Below are positions 19,765 to 30,747 of a stretch of 64,000 bases of DNA, one piece after another. Position numbers and translations under genes: made by a program. Under the pieces are notes generated by a model. It was not told the origin of the DNA, did no database searches, and saw only the letters and a program-made list of their open reading frames with translations. Position 1 is the stretch's first letter; each line of letters opens with the position of its first letter. The stretch is from Desulfuromonadales bacterium (GTDB taxonomy: Bacteria > Desulfobacterota > Desulfuromonadia > Desulfuromonadales > SZUA-540): the NCBI GenBank assembly GCA_033549025.1, contig JAWSUS010000006.1, positions 64,001 through 128,000 on the forward strand. Reading direction: 5' to 3'.

Positions 19765-22700
19765 ATGTCTGTCAAGAAATTCAAAAAAATACTGGCTGCA
19801 AACCGTGGTGAGATTGCCATCCGCATTTTCCGGGCCTGTACAGAGTTGGGAATCAGCACTGTCGCCATTTATTCGGAAGAGGACAAACTATCCCTGCACC
19901 GCTACAAGGCGGACGAAGCCTACCTGATCGGCAAAGGCAAGGGACCCATTGATGCCTATTTGGGAATTGACGAGATTATCGACCTGGCGCGGCGTAAAGA
20001 AGTTGACGCCATTCATCCGGGTTATGGTTTCCTGTCCGAGAATCCTGATTTTGCCGAAGCCTGCGCCCGGGCCGGCATTGCTTTTATCGGCCCCACTCCT
20101 GACATCCAGCGCCGCCTTGGCGACAAGGTTTCGGGCCGGCAGGTAGCCCTGGCCTGCGGTGTCCCCGTTGTGCCTGGCACCGAGAAGCCCATCTCCACGG
20201 AAGAGGAAGCCCTCATTTTCGCTAAATCGTGCGGCTATCCCATCATCGTCAAAGCCTCCGCCGGTGGTGGCGGCCGGGGGATGCGGGTGGTTCGCAATCA
20301 GAAAGAGCTTTTGGAAGGACTCAAATCCGCCGCGTCCGAGGCCAAGGCGGCTTTTGGCAACGCTGCCGTCTTTCTGGAAAAGTACATTGAAAACCCCAAG
20401 CATGTCGAAGTGCAGATTCTGGGCGATTCCCACGGCAATATCGTCCATCTCTATGAGCGCGACTGCTCCATCCAGCGCCGGCACCAGAAGGTTATCGAGA
20501 TGGCGCCGTCCCTCTATCTCACCGAGGAAAAGAGGGCCGAAGTGTGCGGATATGCGATGAAGATCGCCCGCGAGGTGGGCTATGTCAATGCCGGCACCAT
20601 TGAATTTCTGACAGACCAGGAAGGTAACTTTTACTTTATAGAAGTCAATCCCCGCATTCAGGTCGAGCACACGGTGACTGAGATGGTCACCGCGCGCAAC
20701 CTGGTCCAGGCCCAGATTCGTATCGCCGAAGGGCACAAGCTGTCCGATCCGGAGATCAGCATCCAGAGCCAGGACGATATCCAGATGCGCGGCTATGCCA
20801 TTCAGTCCCGCATTACCACGGAGGATCCTCAGAACAATTTTGCTCCCGATTTCGGCACCATCAAGGCGTTCCGCACGGCGGCCGGCTTTGGTGTACGTCT
20901 TGACGCGGCGGCAGGTTATGCCGGCGCTCAAATCACGCCTCACTACGACTCCTTGCTCGTTAAGGTCTCCGCCCACGGTCTGACCTTTGCTGATGCTGCC
21001 CGCACCATGAACCGGGCTTTGCAGGAATTCCGTATCCGCGGAGTGAAGACCAACATCAGTTTTCTGGAAAAAGTCATCACCCATCCGACCTTTTTGGCCG
21101 GCAAGTGCGATACCTCCTTTTTGGACAACCATCCCGAGTTGTTCGTTCTGCCGGCCAAGAAAGACCGCGCCACCAAGATTCTACGCTGCATCGGCAACAC
21201 GGTGGTCAACGGCTATCCCGGTATCAAGGTTCCGCTGCAGTTCAAGGATCTGCGTGAGCCCGAGGTGCCGGATATCCCTTACGGACAGGCCCATCCGCGG
21301 GGCTCGAGGGATATTCTGCTCGACAAGGGACCGGAAGGGCTGGCCGACTGGGCACTGAAGCAGAAGAAACTGCTGCTGACCGATACCACCATGCGGGATG
21401 CTCACCAGTCTCTCATGGCGACGCGCTTCCGCACCTTCGATCTCGACCGGATTGCCGAGGCCACCAGCCACCTGGGCGGTTCGCTGTTCTCCCTGGAAAT
21501 GTGGGGTGGGGCGACCTTCGATGTGTCCATGCGTTTTTTGCGGGAAGACCCCTGGGAGCGCCTCGATCGCCTGCGCAAGAAGGTTCCCAACATTCTGTTT
21601 CAGATGCTGCTGCGCGGCTCCAACGCGGTCGGGTACACCAACTACCCGGACAACGTGGTACAGGAGTTTGTGGCCAAGGCGGCCGAAAGCGGCATCGATA
21701 TCTTCCGGGTTTTTGATTCGCTGAACTGGACCAAAGGAATGAGCGTCGCCATGGATGCCGTGCGCAAGAACGGCGCCGTGTGCGAGGCGGCCATGTGCTA
21801 TACCGGTGACATTACCGACCCCAAGCGGCATAAATACCCCCTGAAGTACTATGTCGATCTGGCCAAAGAGCTTGAAAAGATGGGGGCCCATATTCTGGCC
21901 ATCAAAGATATGGCCGGGCTTCTCAAACCCTTCGCGGCCGAAAAACTGATCAAGGCCTTGAAAAACGAGATCGGTATTCCTATCCACCTGCATACCCACG
22001 ATACTTCGAGTAACGGGGGCGCCATGCTGCTCATGGCGACACAGGCCGGGGTGGATATCGTCGACTGCGCGCTCTCTTCCGTGTCGGGGTTGACGGCACA
22101 GCCCAACCTCAATGCCCTGGTTTCTACTCTTAAAGGGACCATCTGGGATCCGAAGGTCGATGAAGAAGGCCTGCAGAAACTGGCCAACTACTGGGAAACG
22201 GTCAGACCCTACTATGCGCCCTTCGAGTCCGAGCTGCGCAGTGGTACGGCCCAGGTTTACTATCACGAAATTCCCGGCGGGCAGTACTCCAACTACAAGC
22301 CACAGGTCGAAGGACTCGGTCTCGGCCACCGCTGGGAAGAGTGCAAGGAGATGTACCGCAAGGTCAACGACATGTTCGGGGATCTGGTCAAAGTGACGCC
22401 TTCTTCCAAAATTGTCGGCGACATGGCCATGTTCATGGTGCAGAACAACCTGCAGCCTGAAGATGTCTTTGAGCGGGGCGAGGAACTCACCTTCCCGCAG
22501 GGGGTGGTCGATTTCTTCAAGGGGATGATTGGCCAGCCCTACGGTGGTTTTCCTGAGGAGTTGCAGAAGATCATTCTCAAGGAGGAGGCGCCCCTGACCT
22601 GCCGGCCGGGCGAACTGCTGGAACCGGTGGATTTCTCCGCCAAAAAGGCCGAGGTGGAAAAGAAGCTTGGGCATGCCATCAGCGACCGTGAAGTCCTCTC

Positions 22701-23211
22701 CGCTGTCCTTTACCCCGGTGTTTTTGAGGAGTTCGACCGCTACCGCCAGGAGTACAGCGACACCTCGTTCCTGCCCACCCCCGTCTTCTTCTATGGCCTG
22801 GGCGTCGGTGACGAGACCAGCATTGACATCGAACCGGGCAAGACCCTGATCATCAAACTCAATGCCATCGGACGCGTTCAGGAAGATGGCACCCGGTCCA
22901 TCTATTTTGAACTCAATGGCGAGCCCCGGCAGGTCAGCGTCAAGGATCTCTCCATCGAAACCGGCGAGGTCTCCCACAAAAAGGCGGACCCTGACGATCC
23001 CAAACAGGTTGGCGCCCCGATGCCCGGCAAGATTTTCAAGATTCTGGTCAATGTCGGCGACGAGGTGGCGGCCGGAGATACGCTGCTGTCGACGGAGGCC
23101 ATGAAGATGGAAACCAACGTCAAGGCCAAGAAGGATGGCGTGGTGGGCGAGATCCTCTTTAAAGAAGGGGAGCAGGTGCAGCAGGGCGATTTGCTGATTG
23201 TGCTGGAATAA
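19765..23211 (+). CDS. pyc: Pyruvate carboxylase (single polypeptide)
   Basis: ANRGEIA biotin carboxylase, RDAHQSL carboxyltransferase, HLHTHDT and EAMKME biotin site; 1148 aa; GGAGG RBS. Confidence 0.99.
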   Translation: MSVKKFKKILAANRGEIAIRIFRACTELGISTVAIYSEEDKLSLHRYKADEAYLIGKGKGPIDAYLGIDEIIDLARRKEVDAIHPGYGFLSENPDFAEACARAGIAFIGPTPDIQRRLGDKVSGRQVALACGVPVVPGTEKPISTEEEALIFAKSCGYPIIVKASAGGGGRGMRVVRNQKELLEGLKSAASEAKAAFGNAAVFLEKYIENPKHVEVQILGDSHGNIVHLYERDCSIQRRHQKVIEMAPSLYLTEEKRAEVCGYAMKIAREVGYVNAGTIEFLTDQEGNFYFIEVNPRIQVEHTVTEMVTARNLVQAQIRIAEGHKLSDPEISIQSQDDIQMRGYAIQSRITTEDPQNNFAPDFGTIKAFRTAAGFGVRLDAAAGYAGAQITPHYDSLLVKVSAHGLTFADAARTMNRALQEFRIRGVKTNISFLEKVITHPTFLAGKCDTSFLDNHPELFVLPAKKDRATKILRCIGNTVVNGYPGIKVPLQFKDLREPEVPDIPYGQAHPRGSRDILLDKGPEGLADWALKQKKLLLTDTTMRDAHQSLMATRFRTFDLDRIAEATSHLGGSLFSLEMWGGATFDVSMRFLREDPWERLDRLRKKVPNILFQMLLRGSNAVGYTNYPDNVVQEFVAKAAESGIDIFRVFDSLNWTKGMSVAMDAVRKNGAVCEAAMCYTGDITDPKRHKYPLKYYVDLAKELEKMGAHILAIKDMAGLLKPFAAEKLIKALKNEIGIPIHLHTHDTSSNGGAMLLMATQAGVDIVDCALSSVSGLTAQPNLNALVSTLKGTIWDPKVDEEGLQKLANYWETVRPYYAPFESELRSGTAQVYYHEIPGGQYSNYKPQVEGLGLGHRWEECKEMYRKVNDMFGDLVKVTPSSKIVGDMAMFMVQNNLQPEDVFERGEELTFPQGVVDFFKGMIGQPYGGFPEELQKIILKEEAPLTCRPGELLEPVDFSAKKAEVEKKLGHAISDREVLSAVLYPGVFEEFDRYRQEYSDTSFLPTPVFFYGLGVGDETSIDIEPGKTLIIKLNAIGRVQEDGTRSIYFELNGEPRQVSVKDLSIETGEVSHKKADPDDPKQVGAPMPGKIFKILVNVGDEVAAGDTLLSTEAMKMETNVKAKKDGVVGEILFKEGEQVQQGDLLIVLE

Positions 23212-23228
23212 TCTGCGCCTGTCTCTCA

Positions 23229-23276
23229 AACAAAAAACAGGAGGCGACCTCTCGGGGTCGCCTCCTGTTTTTTGTT
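23229..23276. terminator. Bidirectional intrinsic terminator between pyc and the efflux cassette
   Basis: aacaaaaaacaggaggcgacc / ggtcgcctcctgttttttgtt inverted repeat with A and T tracts. Confidence 0.9.
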
Positions 23277-23314
23277 GCGCAACTTTCTCCAACGTGCAAA
23301 AGAAATCAGCTCCT

Positions 23315-23527
23315 CTAGCCGGAGTTGTCGTCAGACACCGGATTGTCCTCCTCATCTATCTCCTGCCGTTTTTGGCTGAGGGGGTAGATGAAAGCCGTCA
23401 GAGCGATTAAAAAAAAGGCGGTGGCCAGCAACACGCCATAGAGGATCAACGGATCTCGGACGATCCGATTGAAGCCGGGCCCAAAAAGAAAGAGCAACAA
23501 CCCCCCGCATAAAATAACCGCTTTCAT
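23315..23527 (-). CDS. Hypothetical 70-aa membrane protein at the end of the RND operon
   Basis: ATG 1 nt after the OMF stop; two hydrophobic segments and an acidic tail; ends just before the terminator. Confidence 0.55.
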   Translation of the reverse strand: MKAVILCGGLLLFLFGPGFNRIVRDPLILYGVLLATAFFLIALTAFIYPLSQKRQEIDEEDNPVSDDNSG

Positions 23528-23528
23528 G

Positions 23529-24935
23529 TCAGACCCCGCCGCCCATAACCCGGTAGAGCGTTACCTGATTGGCCTGGCGAGCCAGAAGCGCGTTGATGAG
23601 ATTCTGCTGCGCGCTGAAGAGGGCGCGCTGAGAATCAAGGACGTTGAGAAAACTGCTGATCCCTTTGCTGAAACGGGCTTCCGACAGCCGGTAGGTTGCC
23701 GCTGTCGCTTCCACCAGCGCTGTCTGTGCGGCGATCTCTTCATCAATGGTGCTCCGCTGGGCAAGTGCGTCACTGACCTCCCGAAAAGCCGCCTGAATGG
23801 CGCCTTCATACCGCGTGAGCAGAATGTCCCGATCGACCTTGGATACCGCCAGCCTGGCTCGCAAGCTGCCGGCATTGAATATGGGCAAGGTCAGTCCTGG
23901 CGCAAAAGTCCAGGCCCGAGAGTCGGAATCAAAAAGGTCGGACAACTCGGTGCTGGCCAGCCCGGCCGAGGCCGTGAGGGAAATGCGGGGGAAAAAGGCG
24001 GCCCTTGCCGCGCCGATATTGGCGTAGGCTCCCTTGAGATGGTGTTCGGCGGCCAGAATGTCGGGCCGGCGCAGCAGGACTTCCGAGGGAAGGCCAGCTG
24101 ATACAAGGTTGATGTCGACGACCTGGCTTAGGCTGTCTGGCAGCCGGTCGGTTGGCAGTTCTGTACCGGTCAGCAGTCGCAGGGCGTTTTCTCCTTCCGC
24201 CACTATGCGGGTGTACACGGCGATTTGAATTCTGGCCCCTTCGACGGTGGTGCTGGCCTGGCGCACTTCGAGTTCGGAGGCAACCCCAGCCTCGAAGCGA
24301 CGGTGGGTCAAGTCGTAGGTCGCCTGGTGGCTCTTCAGGGTTTCTTCCGCCAAGGAGAGCTGTTCGTGGGCGGCAGCCAGTCTGAGATAGCTTGCGGCCA
24401 CCTCGGAAATCAGGGAAATCTGCGCTGCGCTCCGGGCTTCCTCGCTGGCCAGATAGGCTTCGAGAGCCTGTTTTTTGAGACTGCGAAGGCGCCCGAAAAA
24501 GTCGATCTCCCAGGAGCTTAACCCCAGGTTGACATCAAATTGCTCCCATGTCCGTTCGCTGCCGGTCAAAATGCCGGGATCGTGCTGGCGTGAAAATCCG
24601 GCCCCGGCATTGACGGCCGGGAATAGCCCGGACCGCTGGATGCGGTACTGGGCACGGGCGCGTTCGATGTTGAGGGTGGCCTCACGCAGGTCACGGTTAT
24701 GTTCCAGCGCGTTGGCGATAAGGGTGCGCAGGTTCGGGTCGGTGAAGAAGGTCTGCCACGACAGGTCGGCCATCGTCTTGTCCGCTGAGAGTTCGGTCCT
24801 GCTTTGGTACGCCGCACCCTGGGGCCAATTCTGCGGTACGGGGGCCTCGGGGCGTTGGTAGTCAGGTGCCAGGGTGGCGCAGCCGGCCAAGGCGGGACCT
24901 ACGCATAACATCATAATTATAAGTAACTTTCTCAT
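23529..24935 (-). CDS. RND efflux outer-membrane lipoprotein (OprM/NodT family)
   Basis: Lipobox LAGC, LAPDYQRP, WEIDFFGRLRS, LRRPDI and AARAAFFP. Confidence 0.95.
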   Translation of the reverse strand: MRKLLIIMMLCVGPALAGCATLAPDYQRPEAPVPQNWPQGAAYQSRTELSADKTMADLSWQTFFTDPNLRTLIANALEHNRDLREATLNIERARAQYRIQRSGLFPAVNAGAGFSRQHDPGILTGSERTWEQFDVNLGLSSWEIDFFGRLRSLKKQALEAYLASEEARSAAQISLISEVAASYLRLAAAHEQLSLAEETLKSHQATYDLTHRRFEAGVASELEVRQASTTVEGARIQIAVYTRIVAEGENALRLLTGTELPTDRLPDSLSQVVDINLVSAGLPSEVLLRRPDILAAEHHLKGAYANIGAARAAFFPRISLTASAGLASTELSDLFDSDSRAWTFAPGLTLPIFNAGSLRARLAVSKVDRDILLTRYEGAIQAAFREVSDALAQRSTIDEEIAAQTALVEATAATYRLSEARFSKGISSFLNVLDSQRALFSAQQNLINALLARQANQVTLYRVMGGGV

Positions 24936-24936
24936 G

Positions 24937-27900
24937 TCAATGCCCCTTTGCTGCTTGGGCTGCAGCTGCTCTGGCCTCCGCGCGCGCCTTATCCCGCCCG
25001 AAGGTCTTTTTGATCAGTACGTAAAACAGGGGAGCGAAAATCGTCACCAGGAAGGTCGAGGTAACGACCCCGCCCAAAACTGCCGTGCCGATGGCCGTCT
25101 GCGCTCCGGCGCCGGCGCTGCTGGCCAGCGCCAGTGGTAAAACACCGAAACCGAAGGCCAGCGATGTCATGATGATGGGTCTCAGCCTGAGTTTGGAGGC
25201 TTCGAGAGTGGCTTCTATCAGGTCCATGCCGCTATCGACCCGGTCCTTGGCAAACTGGACGATGAGAATAGCGTTTTTGGTGGTCAAGCCCAGAGTCGTC
25301 AGCAAACCGATCTGGAAATATACGTCATTGGGTTTGCCGAGCAGAGTCGAGGCGATAACGCCACCGATGGCTCCTAGCGGCAGAGTCAGCAAAATGGAGA
25401 AGGGGATCGGCCAGCTTTCGTACAAGGCCGCAAGACACAGGAAAATAACCAGCACCGAAAAAGCGTACAAGAGCCCTGTTTGCGAACTGCCTTGCCGTTC
25501 CTGATAAGAGAGGCCATTCCAGTCGTAGCCAACCCCTTGCGGGAGTTTGGTCACGAAATCCTCCATTTTGGCCATGGCTTCGCCGGAACTGTATCCCTTG
25601 GCAGGTTCCCCCAGGATGTTAATGGAAGGAAAGCCGTTAAAGCGTTCCAGACGGGGACTGCCGTAACTCCAGTTGCCGGTGGCAAAAGCGCTGAATGGCA
25701 CCATCCTCCCTTTATCGTTGCGTACATAGAGTTTTTCCAAATGTTCCGGCAGCATTCGGTAAGGCGCATCGGCCTGCACATAGACCCGTTTAACCCGGCC
25801 GCGCTGAATAAAATCGTTGACGTATGCGCTGCCAAAGGCCGCGGAGATTGTGTTGTGAATGGTGTTGATGGATACGCCCTGAGCCCCGGCTTTTTCCCAG
25901 TCGACATTGACGCGGTATTCGGGTACGTCTTCCATGCCGTTGGGGCGGACCTTGGTCAGAACATCGCTCTGCGCCGCCATGCCGAGAAGCTGGTTGCGGG
26001 CCTCCATCAATTTGGCATGACCCAGCCCACCGCGGTCGATGAGCTGGAAATCGAATCCCTGAGCTTGTCCCAATTCAACTACCGCCGGTGGTGCAAAGGC
26101 AAACACCATGGCGTTGCGGATTTGAGAAAACTGGCCCATGGCTCGCCCCGCTACCGCGTCCACTTTCAGGCGCGCCTCCTCTCGCAAAGCCCAGTCTTTG
26201 AGTTGAACGAAGGCCAAACCGGCGTTCTGGCCGCGTCCGGAGAAGTTGATGCCGGAAATGGTCATGATCGATTCAACCGCATCAGCCTCATCCTGAAGGA
26301 AATAGTCCCGCACCTGATCCATGACTTCCTGGGTCTGTTCCAGTGTCGAGTTGGCCGGCAGCAACGTCTGGACCATCAGGGTTCCCTGATCCTCATCCGG
26401 AAGATAGGCGGTCGGCATGCGCTGGAAGAGAAGGCCGAGACCAACGACAATCAGCCCGAAAACCAGCATGTATCGCAGCTTTTTACGCAAGGCCTGATCG
26501 ACGATGCGAACGTAAATTGAGCGACTCTTGTAAAAGATTTTGTCAAACCAACGGAAAAAGGGCCGCAGAAACCAGATGGCATTATCCGAGGGTTCATGAC
26601 CTTTGGCGATCGGTTTGAGCATCGAAGCACAAAGAACCGGGGTCAGTACCAGGGCTACCACCACGGAAAGCATCATGGCCGAGATGATCGTCACGGAAAA
26701 CTGGCGATAGATGACCCCGGTGGAGCCGCTGAAAAAAGCCATAGGACCGAATACGGCCGAGAGCACCAGGCCTATGCCGATCAGGGCGCTTGAAATCTCG
26801 CCCATTGATTTATAGGTCGCTTCGCGCGGACCGACCCCCTCCTCGGCCATGATGCGCTCGACATTTTCGACTACGACGATGGCGTCATCCACCAGCAGGC
26901 CGATCGCGAGTACCATGGCGAACATGGTGAGCATGTTGATGGAAAACCCGAACAGGCCGAGGATGGCGAAGGTGCCGAGAATAACCACCGGCACCGCCAT
27001 GGTGGGGATGAGGGTGGCGCGGATGTTCCCCATGAAGAGATACATCACCAGAAAGACGAGCAGGATGGCTTCAAACAGCGTCTTGACCACGCTGTCGATG
27101 GCTACCTCCACGAAGGGGGTCGTGTCATAGGGATAGACCACCTTCATGCCGGGGGGGAAATAGCGACTCATGTCATCCAGCGTGCTGCGGATGGCATCGG
27201 CGGTCTCCAGGGCATTGGCCCCAGCCGCCTGGCGAATAGCGAGACCGGCAGTCGGCATTCCGTTGTAAAACGCCTCGATGTCGTAGGATTCGGTCCCCAG
27301 TTCGGTGCGTCCCACATCGCTGATATGCACAACGGAACCATCTTCATTCACCCGCAACGGAATGTCGGCAAATTCTTCCGGCGTCTGCAGCATACTCTGA
27401 ACAATAATGCTGGCATTGAGGCGCTGCCCCTCAACCGCCGGGGCACCACCGAACTGACCGGCCGAAACCTCGACGTTGTAGGAGCGAAGAGCCGTGACGA
27501 CCTCATCCACCGTCAACCGATATTCCACCAGTTTGTCGGGGTTGAGCCAGATCCGCATGGAATACTGGCTGCCGAAGACCTCGACCTCACCAACACCCGG
27601 CACCCGTGAGAGGGTCTTCTCCAGGTCGGATTGGGCATAGTCGCGCAAGTCGTTGCCGTCCATGCTGCCATCTTCGGAAATCAAGCCGACAACCAGCAGG
27701 TAGTTACGGGTCGACTTACTGACCTTGACCCCCTGGCGTTGTACGACCTCCGGTAAGCTTGCCATGGCCAACTGCAACTTGTTCTGTACCTGAGACCAGG
27801 CCATGTCGGGATCGGTTCCCGGCGCGAAGGTCAGTTCGATACGGGAAGCGCCAGCCGAGTCACTCGTGGCCGACATGTAAAGCATTCTGTCGAAACCGGT

Positions 27901-28110
27901 CATCTTCTGCTCAATGACCTGGGTGACGCTGTTTTCCACGGTTTCCGCCGAAGCCCCCGGATAAAAAGACGTAATGGCGATGGAGGGTGGCGCGATGGGC
28001 GGATACTGGGAAATAGGCAGATTGTAGATCGCCAGGCCGCCGGCCACCATCATGATGATGGCGATAACCCAGGCAAAAACCGGACGGGCAAGAAAGAATC
28101 GTGACAGCAT
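24937..28110 (-). CDS. HAE1 RND multidrug efflux permease (AcrB/MexB family)
   Basis: [40 protein letters not shown] and [11 protein letters not shown]; 1057 aa. Confidence 0.97.
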   Translation of the reverse strand: MLSRFFLARPVFAWVIAIIMMVAGGLAIYNLPISQYPPIAPPSIAITSFYPGASAETVENSVTQVIEQKMTGFDRMLYMSATSDSAGASRIELTFAPGTDPDMAWSQVQNKLQLAMASLPEVVQRQGVKVSKSTRNYLLVVGLISEDGSMDGNDLRDYAQSDLEKTLSRVPGVGEVEVFGSQYSMRIWLNPDKLVEYRLTVDEVVTALRSYNVEVSAGQFGGAPAVEGQRLNASIIVQSMLQTPEEFADIPLRVNEDGSVVHISDVGRTELGTESYDIEAFYNGMPTAGLAIRQAAGANALETADAIRSTLDDMSRYFPPGMKVVYPYDTTPFVEVAIDSVVKTLFEAILLVFLVMYLFMGNIRATLIPTMAVPVVILGTFAILGLFGFSINMLTMFAMVLAIGLLVDDAIVVVENVERIMAEEGVGPREATYKSMGEISSALIGIGLVLSAVFGPMAFFSGSTGVIYRQFSVTIISAMMLSVVVALVLTPVLCASMLKPIAKGHEPSDNAIWFLRPFFRWFDKIFYKSRSIYVRIVDQALRKKLRYMLVFGLIVVGLGLLFQRMPTAYLPDEDQGTLMVQTLLPANSTLEQTQEVMDQVRDYFLQDEADAVESIMTISGINFSGRGQNAGLAFVQLKDWALREEARLKVDAVAGRAMGQFSQIRNAMVFAFAPPAVVELGQAQGFDFQLIDRGGLGHAKLMEARNQLLGMAAQSDVLTKVRPNGMEDVPEYRVNVDWEKAGAQGVSINTIHNTISAAFGSAYVNDFIQRGRVKRVYVQADAPYRMLPEHLEKLYVRNDKGRMVPFSAFATGNWSYGSPRLERFNGFPSINILGEPAKGYSSGEAMAKMEDFVTKLPQGVGYDWNGLSYQERQGSSQTGLLYAFSVLVIFLCLAALYESWPIPFSILLTLPLGAIGGVIASTLLGKPNDVYFQIGLLTTLGLTTKNAILIVQFAKDRVDSGMDLIEATLEASKLRLRPIIMTSLAFGFGVLPLALASSAGAGAQTAIGTAVLGGVVTSTFLVTIFAPLFYVLIKKTFGRDKARAEARAAAAQAAKGH

Positions 28111-29324
28111 CAGACCCCTCCCTCTTTGCGGGTGGTGGACGCCTGTCCAATGGCTTCGATGACACTTTCGTCTTCATCCTGAATGAGCTCCACCTCCACC
28201 CGATCGCCGGGGCGCACTTTCTGCAAGCCTTCCACAATGAGATGTTCACCCACAGACAGGCCGGAGACAATGAGCCATTGGTCCCCTATGGCTCGCCCTA
28301 CCTCCAGTTGCCTCTGCTCCACCTTGCCCTCTTTGTTTGCCACCATAGCCACTGCCTCCCCTTTGGGATTGCGGGCTACCCCTTGCTGCGGCACCAGAAT
28401 GGCCTGGTCCATGGTTCCTTCTTTGACTACGGCTCTTACGAACATGCCGGGCAAAAGGAGGCGATCGGGGTTGGGGAAGAGCGTACGCAAAATAACCGAA
28501 CCGGTACTCGGGTCGACACTGACATCGGAAAATTGCAGGCGACCGGTATGGGGATAGGGTTCCGCTGTTTCCAGGCGCAGAGAAACCTCGGCTGACTCAG
28601 GGCCTCCGTTGGTCAATCGACCGCCGGCCAGCTTCTGTTTAAGACTGAGAAGTTCCGAAGTGGAGCGGGTGACGTCGACATAGATCGGATCCAGTTGGTG
28701 GATCACCGCCAAGGCCGCAGGCTGGTTGGCTGTCACCAGGGCGCCAACCGTTACGGCGGAGCGCCCTATATGGCCGGATATGGGAGCCTTGACTTCCGTG
28801 TAGCCGAGATTGATGCGGGCGCTTTCCAACGCGGCCCGGGCAGCTTCCACCTGTGCTTCGGCTTGACCAAGGCCTGCCTGGGTATCATCGTACTCTTGCT
28901 TGCTGACCGCATTGACATCGACCAGTTCACCGTAACGCTTTTCCCGCAAACGTATCGTTCTGAGGTCGGCTTCTGCACGAGCCAGTTCAGCCTTGGCCCG
29001 GTTGTAGGCAGCCTGGTACGTCGCCGGATCGATCAGATAGAGGAGTTGCCCGGCTTTGACGTCTTCACCTTCAGTAAAAAATCGCTGTTTGATGATGCCG
29101 GTAACCTGAGGGCGTACCTCGGCCACCTTGAAGGCCGCAGTACGCCCAGGGAGTTCTGTTGACAACGATACGCTGCGAACGCTGACATTAACGGCGCCAA
29201 CCTTGGGTGCTGCCGGGGCTGCCTGTCCGGATGACTGGGGTTCACCCGTTCGCTGGCATCCGAAAAGGGCCAGGGAGAGCGCTATGAAAAGAAAAATTCC
29301 GCATCCTGTTAATTTTTTTTGCAT
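28110..29324 (-). CDS. RND periplasmic adaptor (AcrA/MexA family)
   Basis: Lipobox [21 protein letters not shown] and APISGHIG. Confidence 0.95.
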   Translation of the reverse strand: MQKKLTGCGIFLFIALSLALFGCQRTGEPQSSGQAAPAAPKVGAVNVSVRSVSLSTELPGRTAAFKVAEVRPQVTGIIKQRFFTEGEDVKAGQLLYLIDPATYQAAYNRAKAELARAEADLRTIRLREKRYGELVDVNAVSKQEYDDTQAGLGQAEAQVEAARAALESARINLGYTEVKAPISGHIGRSAVTVGALVTANQPAALAVIHQLDPIYVDVTRSTSELLSLKQKLAGGRLTNGGPESAEVSLRLETAEPYPHTGRLQFSDVSVDPSTGSVILRTLFPNPDRLLLPGMFVRAVVKEGTMDQAILVPQQGVARNPKGEAVAMVANKEGKVEQRQLEVGRAIGDQWLIVSGLSVGEHLIVEGLQKVRPGDRVEVELIQDEDESVIEAIGQASTTRKEGGV

Positions 29325-29389
29325 GAGACACCTCTGTAATGAAGATAAGCCCCGGCAGAAGCCGGTGGACGACGTGGCCTGGTTTATGA

Positions 29390-29962
29390 TTATTTGCGGA
29401 CGGCATCCCAGCAGGCGGCCACCGTCTGGTCGATCAAAGATTCATTCAACACAATAAAACCGAGATCCTGGTCCCGGATCAGGCAGATCAAGGGACCAAA
29501 AAACAGAGCGCAAAGGATTTCGATGGGTAGGGGTTTGAGCGCTTTTTCTTTCAGGGCTTCCATCAGAATGTCGTGCAGAAAGCCTGATCCTGAGGGGCCC
29601 AGCAGGCGATCTCGGCGATAGGTCACGCCGAAAGGCGAATTCTGAAATTGTTCCAAAAAGCGAAAATCCATGGGAGCCTGCTGGCAGTAATCCATAAAGA
29701 AACGGCCAATATGAAAAAAACGCTCCTGCATGAGCAGATCTGTTGGCAAATTCTTCGTCATCGCTGATTGAAACCGGTGTTCCAGGGTTTCGTACAAAGC
29801 GTGAATCAGGCTTTCTTTGCTGTGAAAGCAGCGGTAAATCGTGCCCATGGCGATCTGAGCCTGACTGGCAATGACCGACATTGGCGAATCGTGAAAACCA
29901 TGAATGGAGATAACCTCCAAGGCGGCCTGCAGGATTTTTTCCGGTCTGTCATTCGTGTGCAT
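29390..29962 (-). CDS. TetR/AcrR family regulator
   Basis: N-terminal HTH (IASQAQIAMGTIYRCFHSKESL). Confidence 0.9.
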   Translation of the reverse strand: MHTNDRPEKILQAALEVISIHGFHDSPMSVIASQAQIAMGTIYRCFHSKESLIHALYETLEHRFQSAMTKNLPTDLLMQERFFHIGRFFMDYCQQAPMDFRFLEQFQNSPFGVTYRRDRLLGPSGSGFLHDILMEALKEKALKPLPIEILCALFFGPLICLIRDQDLGFIVLNESLIDQTVAACWDAVRK

Positions 29963-29977
29963 AAACCAAACCTTTAA

Positions 29978-29997
29978 TTAATTGACTAGTCAGTCAA
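29978..29997. promoter_or_regulatory. Putative TetR operator, copy 1
   Basis: Palindromic TTGACTAGTCAGTCAA; 18/19 match to the inverted copy at 30623-30641; downstream of a minus-strand TTGCCG-17-TAAATG promoter candidate (30039-30011). Confidence 0.75.
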
Positions 29998-30041
29998 AAA
30001 AAGACCGAACCATTTAGACGGTCGACAGTTTTACGGCAAGT

Positions 30042-30608
30042 TTAACTCTTCAGGGCGTCCCAGCAGGAAGAGATGGTTAACTGAACCATCTCGTCATCGA
30101 CGGGGGTACCGCGATTGGCGTGTTCTTTGGCCAGCGAAGACAGGGGGCCAAAGGCTAGCGCCTCAAGGCACAGAAGGGGGATGTTTTTAATGATGCGCTG
30201 TTCGCGAGCTTGCAGGAGCAGGGTGTGAAAGAGCTGATTTTCCTCACGAAAGCCCTGACCTTGATCGTTGAGAGGGGAATAATGATAGAGTTCAGCGAAT
30301 TTGAATTCGGCCGGGTTGGTGAGGAAATAACGCAGAAGGTTAAGCAACATGCGGTGGAGTCGTTCCTGAGTGGAGAGGTCGGCGGAAACATCTTTCAAAA
30401 CCTCAGAATCAATTCTTTCACGAATTTCTTTGAACAGAGAATGGATCAGTTCCTCTTTGCTTTTGAAATGAAAGAAAAGTGTGCCACTGGCCACACCGGC
30501 TCTTTCGGCGATGAGAGCGGTAGAGGCCCCGTTGAAACCGTTTTCGGCAAAAAGCTCCAAAGCCGCCTGGAGCAGGGCGCGACGTTTTTGTTCCTTTTTC
30601 CCTGACAT
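30042..30608 (-). CDS. TetR/AcrR family regulator (paralog of the neighbouring TetR)
   Basis: HTH IAERAGVASGTLFFHFKSKEEL; start moved to ATG at 30608 with GGAG RBS; shares ALxFGPL and CWDA motifs with its neighbour. Confidence 0.9.
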   Translation of the reverse strand: MSGKKEQKRRALLQAALELFAENGFNGASTALIAERAGVASGTLFFHFKSKEELIHSLFKEIRERIDSEVLKDVSADLSTQERLHRMLLNLLRYFLTNPAEFKFAELYHYSPLNDQGQGFREENQLFHTLLLQAREQRIIKNIPLLCLEALAFGPLSSLAKEHANRGTPVDDEMVQLTISSCWDALKS

Positions 30609-30622
30609 AAAATCTCCAAAAA

Positions 30623-30668
30623 TGACTGACCAGTCAATTAAAATATGGACGATCAATCCTTTTGTCAA
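30623..30668 (-). promoter_or_regulatory. sigma70 promoter with overlapping TetR operator, copy 2
   Basis: Minus strand reads TTGACA-17 bp-TATTTT, immediately followed by aattgactggtcagtca (palindrome TGACT-N4-AGTCA). Confidence 0.8.
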
Positions 30669-30747
30669 GACAAAATTCAACTGGCCTAAAACCTTTTGAC
30701 TTCACGGTGTTCTCCATTGGCTGGAGTTTTACCCCAGCAGGAAGGCC

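Noticed and set aside
21181..23355. 724-aa minus-strand ORF
   Set aside because: Antisense shadow of pyc; it has no recognisable motifs, and long antisense ORFs are expected with strong GC3 codon bias.
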